A stretch of 55,062 nucleotides of DNA from Caldithrix sp. (GCA_004356825.1 SMXC01000092.1:1-55062); one strand, 5' to 3'. Shown: positions 37,773-47,489, counted from the stretch's first letter. The notes: generated by a model not told the origin, from the letters alone. Translations and numbers: made by a program.

Positions 37773-38552
37773 TTAGTCCTCCTGTTTGGCTTCTGCCATA
37801 GCTTTTCGTTCCCCCGGAGGCAGGTAGGTCACCAATTTGTTCTGAATCACTCTGGGGGACTCCTCGGCCTGAATAGAAAGGACGCCCGTTAAGAGCATTT
37901 CCTTAAATTGAATCTCTTGTTCAGAGCGATGCTTTAACTTGCCGGCTATGGGCAGAAAGAAAAGGTTGGCGAATAAAGCGCCATAAAAAGTGGTGATCAT
38001 GGCCATCGCCATACCGGGACCAACGGCAGCGGGATCTTCCAGGTTCTGCAACATTGCAATTAAACCAATCAGAGTGCCGATCATCCCAAAAGCAGGAGAA
38101 TAGGTTCCCATTGCCGTGAACATCTTCTGGCCGATCTTATGTCTTTGCGCCATGAGCGCCAGCTCTCCATCCATGATTTTGTTTAAATCCTCAGCTTCGG
38201 TTCCGTTGATAACATGCTGCAAAGTGACTTTCAGGAAGTCATCATCGACATTGTTCAGGTCTTCTTCAATCGCCAGCAAGCCGTTTGTTCTGGCCTTTTT
38301 CGAGATATCCACAATTTGTTCGATGTATTTTGACGATGACATGATTTCTTCTTTGAGAACCTTTTGCGATATTTTCATGGCACCGATGACATCTCCCATT
38401 GGGAAATTGACCAGTGTGGCAGCAATTGTTCCCCCAAGAACAATCAGTAATGATGGAATGTCAATGAATGCCATAATGCTACCGCCCATGAACATTGCAC
38501 CTATCACAACTCCCATGCCTGCAACAATACCGACAAGTGTCCCTTTGTCCAT
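37773..38552 (-). CDS. motA: Stator A subunit (PomA/MotP-like)
   Basis: ARTNGLLAIE, PAFGMIGTLIGL, ITTFYG. Confidence 0.96.
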   Translation of the reverse strand: MDKGTLVGIVAGMGVVIGAMFMGGSIMAFIDIPSLLIVLGGTIAATLVNFPMGDVIGAMKISQKVLKEEIMSSSKYIEQIVDISKKARTNGLLAIEEDLNNVDDDFLKVTLQHVINGTEAEDLNKIMDGELALMAQRHKIGQKMFTAMGTYSPAFGMIGTLIGLIAMLQNLEDPAAVGPGMAMAMITTFYGALFANLFFLPIAGKLKHRSEQEIQFKEMLLTGVLSIQAEESPRVIQNKLVTYLPPGERKAMAEAKQED

Positions 38553-38663
38553 GAATTCTATTTCCTTAATTAATTCCGGGCATCACGCCTCTGCTAATCC
38601 AATCCTGGTCAAGGAGGCAAGAGAAGGTGTTGCCCGGAAGTTTATTAAATCCGTCTAATTAAA

Positions 38664-40301
38664 TTATCTCTTCAACTGGGTAACTTCACTTAAAAACTGA
38701 TCGCTTACCGTAATCACCCGGGCGTTTGCTTGAAAAGCACGCTGGGCAATAATCATATTGGTAAATTCTTCCGCTAAATCAACATTAGCGGCTTCCAAAG
38801 TTCCCGAAAGGATAGACGCGGTTAAATCCTCGCCGGCTTTGCCAACCGCAGGGCTTCCCGTCGTGCCCGATGTCTGGTAAACATTGTTGCCAACGTGAAT
38901 CAAACCTTCCGGGTTGTTGACCTTTGCCAGAGCAAGTTGTGCGATCATTCTGCTTCGACCATTTGTAAAAGCACCCACAACCCGACCTCTTTCGTCAATG
39001 GAATATGCATTTAAAGTGCCATGTGCCTGGCCATCCTGGAACGGCATGATTACCGAGGATTGTCCGGCGAATTGTGTCAGCCCGCTGAACCCGGTCGTAT
39101 TTTCAAAATCGAGATTCAGGACGACATCATTTGCGCCATTGCCGGGAGTAAAGTTTAGCAAAGGTTCGCCATTATCATAAACGATGGTATCAAAAGAACC
39201 GTTAGCAGTAAAAGTTATGGTTCCGGTGCTGCCTTCATTAATTACTTCATTGTCCGAAAAGGATACTTCAAAGGTCCATTCACCGGCATTTTCGGTTTTA
39301 GTGAAGGTGACGCTCAACGTGTGTTTCGAACCCAAACTATCAAATATTTCAGCGGAAGATGAGGTCTTGGGAGAAAAGCCTTTTTGTGTATTGACGAAGC
39401 CGGGCAGATCGATCACCCCGGTGTTACCCGAATCTGGAGACAACGAAATGGTGGTATTACTTTCACCGAAGTTAAAATCGGTCATGACAATCCGCCCATT
39501 CACCAAACTAGCGGTACCTGTGAAGGCCGCCGTTATAGCCGTAACCAGGTCATTTACCGTGGTACCATCATTACCTGCACCGTAGGTAAATGTAGCGGAA
39601 ACAGCCGAACCATCTGAATTCGTCCCGCTAATTTGGATAGTATCTCCATCAACAAGAGCCGTGGTTGTTTGAGTTAGATCATTTAAAAGGTCCGTGCCAA
39701 CCGCACTCGTCCCACCGGCGACCGTGAAGGTTTGATTGGCTGTCCACTTCTCCTTGATCGCTGTTGCAGTGGCGTCTAAATTACCTGAAATTGCCAAATT
39801 TTGAGTAGAGATGGCCGGTGAGATAACCGATGCGTCGAAAGTGATATTGCCTAATTGAGCTGTCGCTGATAAATCACCTTTCAAATCTGCGGTCCAACCT
39901 TGAACGGTCAGGCCATTTGCATTCACAAGACGGCCATTGCCGTCAAAGTGCATATTCCCTGCACGAGTGTACAGCTGAGTGTTACCATCGCTGAGGACAA
40001 AAAAACCGTCGCCATCAATCCCAAGGTCGGTTTGTTTACCCGTGGTCTGAAGAATTCCCTGGCTGAAATCCCGCTCGATACTATTGGCGCGAACGCCCAA
40101 CCCGACGAAGAGCGCGTTCTGCGTTCCGCCGGATGCTGATTCCGTGGAAGATTGAATCAACTGACTCAACTCTTCCGCGAAATTGATCCGCGAGGTTTTA
40201 AAACCGATGGTGTTAATATTGGCGATGTTATTACCTATAATATCCATCTTCAACTGGTTGTTTGATAAACCAGAAACACCTGAAAACAATGCTCGCATCA
40301 T
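38664..40301 (-). CDS. flgE: Hook protein (545 aa, extra domain)
   Basis: IGNNIANINTIGFK, YTRAG, FDSLG, LEAANVDLAEEFT..QRAFQANAR. Confidence 0.97.
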   Translation of the reverse strand: MMRALFSGVSGLSNNQLKMDIIGNNIANINTIGFKTSRINFAEELSQLIQSSTESASGGTQNALFVGLGVRANSIERDFSQGILQTTGKQTDLGIDGDGFFVLSDGNTQLYTRAGNMHFDGNGRLVNANGLTVQGWTADLKGDLSATAQLGNITFDASVISPAISTQNLAISGNLDATATAIKEKWTANQTFTVAGGTSAVGTDLLNDLTQTTTALVDGDTIQISGTNSDGSAVSATFTYGAGNDGTTVNDLVTAITAAFTGTASLVNGRIVMTDFNFGESNTTISLSPDSGNTGVIDLPGFVNTQKGFSPKTSSSAEIFDSLGSKHTLSVTFTKTENAGEWTFEVSFSDNEVINEGSTGTITFTANGSFDTIVYDNGEPLLNFTPGNGANDVVLNLDFENTTGFSGLTQFAGQSSVIMPFQDGQAHGTLNAYSIDERGRVVGAFTNGRSRMIAQLALAKVNNPEGLIHVGNNVYQTSGTTGSPAVGKAGEDLTASILSGTLEAANVDLAEEFTNMIIAQRAFQANARVITVSDQFLSEVTQLKR

Positions 40302-40331
40302 GGTGTTGGTCCTCCAAGTTAATTAATGATT

Positions 40332-40386
40332 ATCCACTGCTTCAATCGTTCCACAGTGGAGGACCTCCCCAATGGGGGCCAGTCCC
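40332..40386 (-). ncRNA. Candidate two-hairpin cis-regulatory RNA in the flgE leader
   Basis: GGACU-gg-CCCC-cauu-GGGG-a-GGUCC directly followed by UCCACUGU-ggaacgauugaa-GCAGUGGA; no U tract. Confidence 0.5.
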
Positions 40387-40391
40387 GTTAA

Positions 40392-40781
40392 TTATATTAT
40401 TAAAGCGCTATCTATATTGGTAAAAACTTTACCCATTTCCAGCGGCGATTTCTCGACCGCGGTTATCACAGTCCTATTCTTTATATTGACAATCATCGCC
40501 AGATTGTCCATCACAACCAACCCCTCCTTACCGCCTTTCTCAGCCATGGTCTGCACCGCCTGATTCAGCTTAGAAATATGGTGCTGTGTCAAAACAATGT
40601 TGCGCGAAGCCAGCCGGTCAGAGGCATGAGCGGAAAATTTGACCGCCGGAGCTTGACCCGACAGCTTGCTTTTTAAAACATCAGCAAATGCAGTCCGGCC
40701 GGTTTCCGCCGTTTGACGGACTCCGGAATTAGGTAAAGCCGGTTGGACAGGAATGGAATTTTGTAAATGTTTGATTTCCAT
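40392..40781 (-). CDS. TIGR02530 family flagellar operon protein
   Basis: FADVL, VKFSAHASDRLASRNI, KGGKEGLV, NRTVITAV, VFTNIDSA; between flgD and flgE. Confidence 0.9.
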   Translation of the reverse strand: MEIKHLQNSIPVQPALPNSGVRQTAETGRTAFADVLKSKLSGQAPAVKFSAHASDRLASRNIVLTQHHISKLNQAVQTMAEKGGKEGLVVMDNLAMIVNIKNRTVITAVEKSPLEMGKVFTNIDSALII

Positions 40782-40783
40782 GG

Positions 40784-41503
40784 TTAGCTGCCATTTCCAA
40801 TTGATTCTCTTCTCACTTGACTTTCAGCAGCACCCGGGTTGAAGCCGATTTCAAATACATCAGACATGTTGACTTCAATATCGCCCAGGATCAGCATGGC
40901 AGCGCCGTTATTGTAGCGAATGCCGTCAATCACTCCGGTAGTAAAAGTCAACGCGCCAACATCATTTCCGCTGCCATCTTGAGCGGTAACTGAGAATTGA
41001 TAAACGCCATCAGAAAGTTCATTGCCGGAATTGTCTTTGCCGTCCCATTCCAATGAATGGTCTCCGCTGGTCTGGCCGCTTAACTCTAGAGTCCTTACGA
41101 CAACGCCATTTGCATCGGTAATATTAATTGTTACTTTCTGTGCCGCGGATGCAAGACGGAAATGAATTTCCGTATCCTCGCCAGCACTCTTGTTGAGGGA
41201 GTTGCCGATCGCTTTGATTTTGTTTCCAATCAAGGTGGTTGCCAAGGTATTGTTCAACGCCTGGTTCAGGAGCAAATCCATCTCCAGGTTGTTTTGAAGA
41301 TTGGTGTTGATGTTTTGCAGCTGCTCGAGTGAGCTAAATTGCGCAAGCTGTGCTGCAAAATCTTCCGCTTTGACCGGGCTAAGCGGATCCTGATTTCGCA
41401 ATTGCGCCACAAGGAGTCTTAAAAAATCGTCCTTGCCCAGGGTTGCGTCCGGGCCGGCGCCAAAAAGAGTCTGCGGTTGATTTACCACTGGTGCTATGTT
41501 CAT
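40784..41503 (-). CDS. flgD: Hook cap protein
   Basis: [36 protein letters not shown]. Confidence 0.97.
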   Translation of the reverse strand: MNIAPVVNQPQTLFGAGPDATLGKDDFLRLLVAQLRNQDPLSPVKAEDFAAQLAQFSSLEQLQNINTNLQNNLEMDLLLNQALNNTLATTLIGNKIKAIGNSLNKSAGEDTEIHFRLASAAQKVTINITDANGVVVRTLELSGQTSGDHSLEWDGKDNSGNELSDGVYQFSVTAQDGSGNDVGALTFTTGVIDGIRYNNGAAMLILGDIEVNMSDVFEIGFNPGAAESQVRRESIGNGS

Positions 41504-41556
41504 TGAGTTGTCTCCTTTATTCGAAATGACATTTAGTATCTGTACTTATTTTCATG

Positions 41557-44313
41557 CTATGCTAAAACTTCTATAGAATTATAACCAAAATCCCTTTGCC
41601 TGCTTATCGGGAGCGTTTCTTTTGCATAAGCGGAAACCGGGTGTTCAGAATTCAAATTTTGTTCTCTAAACTCTCTTTCATTTTCTGCAGTCTGCCACTC
41701 ATCAGCATTATCTGATTTTTCATTTTTAACAGACACCTCCAACTTGCCGACTTCAATCCCTTCTTTCAGCATCTGATCCAGAAGCGGTCGAAGCTGGCTT
41801 TCCAGCATTCGTCTAACCTCACTGTTATCAACATTGATATGCAGGTTAATTTTATCTTTGTGCTTCACCGCATCTATCAGAAAACTTCCGAGTTTTTCGA
41901 CATCAAGTTGGATTTGAAGTTTCTGTCGCCCGGTGTTTGATTGCGAGCTGGTGAGTTCCAGAATTTTTTTAATCATTTGTGGCAAATGTGAACGCTCAAC
42001 GGTGCCCGAAGCCATTAATTTGCCACCCAGAACGTCGAAGTTGACATTGTTACTGGTCAACACAGGCTGAATTGCATGCTCACTTTCGCTCAAGTTTGGA
42101 TCAATGTATTCCGCTGAATCACCTTCAATATTTTCGAGAATTTCACCAAGGAATTCCCTGGTGTTGCTTAAGTCATTTTTGAGTTTAAACTTATTTTCCT
42201 GCTGAGCTAATATGCCTCTGTCTTGCCGGGAGTCCTTTCCTCGAACGCTAACTTTACCTTTATCTAATTTATTCGATGGCTTTAACCTGTTGTTGGATAG
42301 TTTGTTGGAACGGTTTTTCACGGGAGTTGCCGGGCCTAATAAGACCTCTATGAGTTCTGTAAATTTCTTCAAGGCAGTCGGCTGGGTCGATTCTTTTGGC
42401 TGTAAAATGGGTTTTTCTTTAGCAGCAGTTTCCAAAGTTTCGTCCACCCGGGAGTCAAGTTTAAGATTCAAAGCTCCTTTGTTCTTTCCAGTTTTAACTT
42501 CTTTGACTTTCAATCCTGATTTTGCGAGATGCTGAGTCAGCCAATCTCTGGCTGGAGATGAATTCGTTTGAAGCAGCACATTTCCATCTTCAACATTTTT
42601 GCTGATCGCGACAGCGATTTTTCCGAAATTCTCAACCTCCATTTGTACCTGAATCTGGTTTTGCCCGGCTTTCGATGAAATTTGCGAAATGGATTCGACT
42701 ACTTCACGGATGCTCTGAATTGCTTGCGAGGTGGTGAGCTTAGAGTTCAGTTTGAACTGCCCTTGAAAGCCTTTGATCTTTTGGCTGGTACTGACCTCTG
42801 TAACCCGGATTTCAAGATTTTGAATCTTTCGCCCCAAACGTTTTGAAAGCAAATTCCTGGCGGAGTCTGAATCTACATTTAGCTTAACAGAGGTTTTTCC
42901 GGCCGAGGTTTCGACATCTGCCTCGATGTCGCCGAGGGAGTCGGTTTGTAATCCAAATTTAAGTTTGCTCGATACTTTCTGAGAAGCTGCAGCAACTGAT
43001 TTGATAACTTTCTCAACTATCTCTACAGCTTGGGACGGTTTGATTTTAGCTCCTGAATTGGCCAGCGGCGCAAAGCTCGATACTCTTTTACCTGCATTTT
43101 CCCCAGCGTTTCTAATAAATATTTTCAAGTCAGATGCTTTTACAACCAGAGCGCTCAATTGTTTTCGAAGCACCTTACCGGCCGATTGAGAACTGACGTC
43201 AGCCTTCAGTTTTATTTTGCCTTGGCCGCTATCAATCTCTACCGATACTTTACCCAATGCGTCTATATTTAAATTCAATAATTGCCTGGGATTTTTAACA
43301 ATTGCATGCGTACCACGAACCTCAGCAATTCTTCTCTGAATTGTTTCCAATGCGTGTCTCATCGAGACCTTAGGTATTTGGCGATCCCTGACCAGACCCT
43401 TCTTGATCTCTATTAATTTGTCCGACGTTTGGATTACTAAGGGCGCAGCCTGCTCAGGTTTTGCTATAATAAATTTGAGGCTATCTTCGGTAAAACCTGT
43501 GGATTTCAGGAATCCAGTCTTGAAATTATCAAGCGTTTGTCTAGATGGCAAACCAACCTGAACCAACAGCTTGCCATTCACCGTTTTAAAATCGATAGAG
43601 ATCTTCCCAATCGACTCAACGTTTAACTCAACTTTCTGCCCCGGGTCATTGGCCTTCACCGGCAGTTTGTTGCTGACCTCAACCCACTCTTTAATCACTC
43701 CAAAAGCTTGAGTGGCAGAGAGCTGACCGTCTAATGCTAACTGCTGGAAGTTGCGGGCTGAAAGCTGATTACTGACGGTTGATTGTCGAGGGTTGATTGC
43801 TGAAAACTGTGAGCTGAAAGCCGATTGCTGAAAACCAAAAACCGACCCCAATTCAACCTGGCCAAATAATGGTGTCAATTCTGCGATTAATCTGTCTGAG
43901 GTTTTGAGCTGCTCCTCATCGAGTCCGACCTTTAATCGATTCTTTACCGGCTCGATTTCGAAAGAAATTTTACCAAGGAATTTGGAGTTATATTGGAAAG
44001 CTAATGGCTTTTGAGATTTACCCGCCTGCTCTTTGAAACTTTGTGCAACTTGTTTGATCGAAAGCAATTCTGAGTGTTCTAAACCGCGGGCCCTAAAATC
44101 GGCGAATTGTTTTGCCATTGAATTCAGAAAGCTCAAGGAAGCCGTTCCCTTTTTATGAGAATTCGGGAGGACGCCAAGACTTGAAGTCATGAGCTGTTGA
44201 AAATTTAGAGACCCCCGTTTCACACCCAAAGTTGCCGCCATATTATGACCGATCTTGGGACTTGCCGCCAGATCCTTTGCTGTCTTTGGAATTTTAGGTA
44301 AGCTGTTCAGCAT
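41557..44313 (-). CDS. fliK: Hook-length control protein, very long, with repeated FliK-C-like modules
   Basis: Position before flgD; C-terminal IQLDVEKLG..INLHINVDNSEVRRMLESQL..LL..GIEVGKLEVSV; five further similar modules. Confidence 0.82.
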   Translation of the reverse strand: MLNSLPKIPKTAKDLAASPKIGHNMAATLGVKRGSLNFQQLMTSSLGVLPNSHKKGTASLSFLNSMAKQFADFRARGLEHSELLSIKQVAQSFKEQAGKSQKPLAFQYNSKFLGKISFEIEPVKNRLKVGLDEEQLKTSDRLIAELTPLFGQVELGSVFGFQQSAFSSQFSAINPRQSTVSNQLSARNFQQLALDGQLSATQAFGVIKEWVEVSNKLPVKANDPGQKVELNVESIGKISIDFKTVNGKLLVQVGLPSRQTLDNFKTGFLKSTGFTEDSLKFIIAKPEQAAPLVIQTSDKLIEIKKGLVRDRQIPKVSMRHALETIQRRIAEVRGTHAIVKNPRQLLNLNIDALGKVSVEIDSGQGKIKLKADVSSQSAGKVLRKQLSALVVKASDLKIFIRNAGENAGKRVSSFAPLANSGAKIKPSQAVEIVEKVIKSVAAASQKVSSKLKFGLQTDSLGDIEADVETSAGKTSVKLNVDSDSARNLLSKRLGRKIQNLEIRVTEVSTSQKIKGFQGQFKLNSKLTTSQAIQSIREVVESISQISSKAGQNQIQVQMEVENFGKIAVAISKNVEDGNVLLQTNSSPARDWLTQHLAKSGLKVKEVKTGKNKGALNLKLDSRVDETLETAAKEKPILQPKESTQPTALKKFTELIEVLLGPATPVKNRSNKLSNNRLKPSNKLDKGKVSVRGKDSRQDRGILAQQENKFKLKNDLSNTREFLGEILENIEGDSAEYIDPNLSESEHAIQPVLTSNNVNFDVLGGKLMASGTVERSHLPQMIKKILELTSSQSNTGRQKLQIQLDVEKLGSFLIDAVKHKDKINLHINVDNSEVRRMLESQLRPLLDQMLKEGIEVGKLEVSVKNEKSDNADEWQTAENEREFREQNLNSEHPVSAYAKETLPISRQRDFGYNSIEVLA
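43757..43840. repeat. 12 x 7-bp degenerate tandem repeat (GCTGAAA/GCTGATT) inside fliK
   Basis: gctgaaa gctgatt actgacg gttgatt gtcgagg gttgatt gctgaaa actgtga gctgaaa gccgatt gctgaaa accaaaa. Confidence 0.75.
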
Positions 44314-44879
44314 TATTTTTTAGTCCGGGCTAATTCATTCATTAGCTTGCCGGCTCGTTCCGGTTTCAACGATTTCAGAAGATTTACCTTGTCCTTTTTC
44401 TTCGCCTTGTCATAAAGTATTTTGACCACTTGATCCGATAAGTTTTCAAGTATCAGACCTAAAACATCGGCTTTCATCGAACTCAAGGTTCTTGATAATT
44501 CTTGAAGTTCCTTATCATTGTTCGCCGCTTTTGCGTTAAAATTTTTAAGTTCTTCAATTTTCTTTTTCAGTTCTTTTTCATTTTTGTTTACCTTTTCGAG
44601 CCGCCATTTCTGCTGCAAAATCATTTCATCGCGTTCTTTCAGTTGCATCACATACTCAGCCAACTGGTTTAACATCCCGCCGACGACCGCCGCCAGGGAA
44701 TCGATTTTTTCAACATAAGAGGAATCGTCGGCTATGATGGCGTCCCGGTGATACTCCGTATAATTGAGAATCGGCACTGCCTCTGTTTTTTTAATGACCG
44801 TGTCCTTACGCAAATAAATAAACGCTACCATGCCGGCGAAGGCTATGAAATAAAAAGATACCCAAAGTACAAGTTTCAT
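44313..44879 (-). CDS. MotE/YlxF-like protein (MgtE-N-like C-terminus)
   Basis: N-terminal TM, coiled coil, LSSMKAD..ILENL..LLKSLKPERAGKL; typical position between fliJ and fliK. Confidence 0.75.
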   Translation of the reverse strand: MKLVLWVSFYFIAFAGMVAFIYLRKDTVIKKTEAVPILNYTEYHRDAIIADDSSYVEKIDSLAAVVGGMLNQLAEYVMQLKERDEMILQQKWRLEKVNKNEKELKKKIEELKNFNAKAANNDKELQELSRTLSSMKADVLGLILENLSDQVVKILYDKAKKKDKVNLLKSLKPERAGKLMNELARTKK

Positions 44880-44944
44880 TTCATGTTCCCTTTAGGACGG
44901 TTACCGGGTCCAGCGCTTGAATCGCTGCAATCGTTCCTGCCCAA

Positions 44945-45382
44945 TTAATTTGACCGATTTCTCTGCCTTGCAATTTCATCAATAAAATCCTGCTCAATTC
45001 TATTTTCTTCGTGAATCGCTTCGACGGTTTTTCTTTCTTTGAGTTTTTCAAGAGCCTTTCTGTCTTTAGATGCCTCCAAAAGGTGCTGCCTTTTCGTCTC
45101 TAAATCTGCCGCCAGACCTGTGATCGTTTTATATTTGTCAGCAACGGCCTGATTAAGCGTTTCAAGATAAGCCTGGTTACCTCTAAACTGATTCACTTCG
45201 GCTTTTTTTAGCCTGTTCATGCTCTGGGTAAAACCATCTCTTTTGTTTTCTAACTGCTCCAATTCTTCGTTCTCAATTTGCAGATGATGCTTTGTACCTG
45301 CGAAATCCTTTTGCCGACTTTTTTCGATCACCTCCCGAACGTCTAAAACTTTTTGCAGGCGAAATTTCTTTTTTGCGTTCAA
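44945..45382 (-). CDS. fliJ: Export protein FliJ
   Basis: KFRLQKVLDVR, RKALEKLKE, EQDFIDE. Confidence 0.93.
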   Translation of the reverse strand: MNAKKKFRLQKVLDVREVIEKSRQKDFAGTKHHLQIENEELEQLENKRDGFTQSMNRLKKAEVNQFRGNQAYLETLNQAVADKYKTITGLAADLETKRQHLLEASKDRKALEKLKERKTVEAIHEENRIEQDFIDEIARQRNRSN

Positions 45383-45445
45383 TCTTCATATCCAAATCAG
45401 GTGTTCGTTCGAGCAATTCGACCCGACACTTGTGGAGTAAAGTAA

Positions 45446-46804
45446 TTATTCTTGTAAATTCATCTTCTCAGTAGCGACAGTACTTTTTGAATTTGACAAC
45501 AGCTCCTCCAACTTTTTCACAGACTCTTCCAGGGTTGTATTTTCGAACATGTCCTGTTTGTTAAAATCCCGAATCTTATCAATCATCGAAATCGCGTAGT
45601 CAATTCGGGGGTTACTACCTTTCACGTAAGCCCCAATATTGATCAAATCTTCCGCCTCCTCATAAGTCGCCAGGATTTCTTTCACCTTATTAACATTTGC
45701 CAAATGCTTTTTTGAAATCACATCAATCATCACCCGGCTGATGCTTTGCAGCACATCAACTGCCGGATATTGGCCTGCAGTTGCCAGTTTTCGGGAAAGG
45801 ACGACATGTCCATCCAGAATTGAGCGGACGGTATCTGCAATCGGGTCATTCATGTCGTCCCCTTCTACCAGAACCGTGTATAAACCGGTAATGCTGCCTT
45901 TTTTGAACTTTCCTGCTCGTTCCAGGAGACGGGGTAAAAAAGCAAAAACAGATGGAGTGTATCCTTTGGTCGTCGGCGGTTCACCAATTGCCAGGCCGAT
46001 TTCTCTCTGCGCCATTGCCACCCGGGTAACCGAATCCATCATCAGCATGACGTTCAGTCCCAGGTTTGCAAAATATTCAGCGATAGCGGTGGCCACCAGC
46101 GCTCCTTTAATCCGCAGTAGTGCCGCCTGATCCGAGGTCACTGCGACGACCACCGATCGTTTTAAACCTTCTTCGCCCAGATCTCTTTCGATAAAATCTC
46201 TAAGTTCGCGGCCCCGTTCGCCGATTAATGCAATCACGTTGACATCGGCGCTTGAGTTGCGGGCAATTATACCCATGGTGACGCTTTTGCCAACGCCGCT
46301 GCCGGCAAAAATGCCAACTCTCTGACCTAATCCGAAAGTAAGTAAGCTGTCAATTACCTGCACACCGGTGGAGATAGCTTCATTAATCCGCTCCCGCTGC
46401 AGAGGGTTTGGCGGCAGGTTATGCACAGGTTGTAAAACCTTGGCGTTAATTGCACCCTTGCCGTCGATGGGTTTACCCGTTCCGTCGACAACTCTTCCCA
46501 GAATTTCAGGGCCGACTGCTACTGAAAACGGCTCATTGGAAACAGAGACGTAACTGCCGGGATGCAGGCCTACCGTTTCTTCAAGTGGCATGAGCAAAAC
46601 ATTGTTGTCTCTAAAACCAACGACTTCTGCAGGTATGTTTTTACCATTTCTGGTTGTAATGCGGCACATTTCGCCAACTGAAGCAACCGGCCCTGCTGAT
46701 TCGATGACCAGCCCGGTAACCTTTACCACTCTGCCAAGCATTTTATAAGGCCGCATGCTTTCTAACTTATCGAAGTATTTGTCAAAACGGGTCGCTGTCT
46801 GCAT
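45446..46804 (-). CDS. fliI: Export ATPase FliI
   Basis: GIFAGSGVGKS, IGERGRE, MDSVTR, GEPPTTKGY. Confidence 0.99.
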   Translation of the reverse strand: MQTATRFDKYFDKLESMRPYKMLGRVVKVTGLVIESAGPVASVGEMCRITTRNGKNIPAEVVGFRDNNVLLMPLEETVGLHPGSYVSVSNEPFSVAVGPEILGRVVDGTGKPIDGKGAINAKVLQPVHNLPPNPLQRERINEAISTGVQVIDSLLTFGLGQRVGIFAGSGVGKSVTMGIIARNSSADVNVIALIGERGRELRDFIERDLGEEGLKRSVVVAVTSDQAALLRIKGALVATAIAEYFANLGLNVMLMMDSVTRVAMAQREIGLAIGEPPTTKGYTPSVFAFLPRLLERAGKFKKGSITGLYTVLVEGDDMNDPIADTVRSILDGHVVLSRKLATAGQYPAVDVLQSISRVMIDVISKKHLANVNKVKEILATYEEAEDLINIGAYVKGSNPRIDYAISMIDKIRDFNKQDMFENTTLEESVKKLEELLSNSKSTVATEKMNLQE

Positions 46805-46812
46805 GATTATTA

Positions 46813-47487
46813 TTATTGAATAAAAAGGCTTTTGATTTCCTGAAATTGCGATTCAATTCTTGCGTCTAATACCCCATAATCAGATTCCACTAAACAATCG
46901 CTCATATTTAGCGTCGGATCTTCTACAATCGAAATTTCGACCGGTTTTTTAATTTGTTTTAGTATTTCTGTTTTATATTTCTCCACCACTTCGCCTGTTT
47001 CCCGATGAACGCGAAGCGTATATTTTGTCGAATTGGAAAACAGCTTCAGGCTCTCTGCAACAACCTGCTTAAGTTTATCCTTGTCACACTTAAGAGTTGA
47101 AAATTCCCTGCTGCCGATAAGTTTTTCCACAACTTGCAGGGCAAATGAAAGTACGAATTGTTCAGAACTTTCAATCAATTCTTCCTGCTGGCTTCGAATC
47201 GACTCTGTTAGACTCGCAAACCGATCAATCTCTTTTTGAATCTCTGCAACTCCCTGCTTGTAACCTTTTTTCTCGCCTGCTTGTAAACCGTCCTGATAAC
47301 TGCTTTCTCTTGTGGTCTTTAGTTTTCTTTGCAACATTTTTAATTGTTTAAGATAATCTTCCGGCTCAGTAAAAGAATCTGCATTTACTTTTGTTTGCAT
47401 TGCCAAGACTGCGACATCATTGCTGTCAAGAGTTGGCACTTTATGATTTTTGATGCCTGCCTTTATCTGTTGTGATTTAATTAGCAT
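46813..47487 (-). CDS. fliH: Export protein FliH
   Basis: GxxxG repeats (GLQAGEKKGYKQG), CLVESDYGVLDARIESQ. Confidence 0.9.
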   Translation of the reverse strand: MLIKSQQIKAGIKNHKVPTLDSNDVAVLAMQTKVNADSFTEPEDYLKQLKMLQRKLKTTRESSYQDGLQAGEKKGYKQGVAEIQKEIDRFASLTESIRSQQEELIESSEQFVLSFALQVVEKLIGSREFSTLKCDKDKLKQVVAESLKLFSNSTKYTLRVHRETGEVVEKYKTEILKQIKKPVEISIVEDPTLNMSDCLVESDYGVLDARIESQFQEIKSLFIQ

Positions 47488-47489
47488 AA

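Noticed and set aside
38574-38645. Possible c-di-GMP-I riboswitch before motA (GGGCAA...GCCUCC...UAGC)
   Set aside because: No GNRA-capped P2 stem and no GACGCAAAGC junction; kept only as an unassigned hairpin
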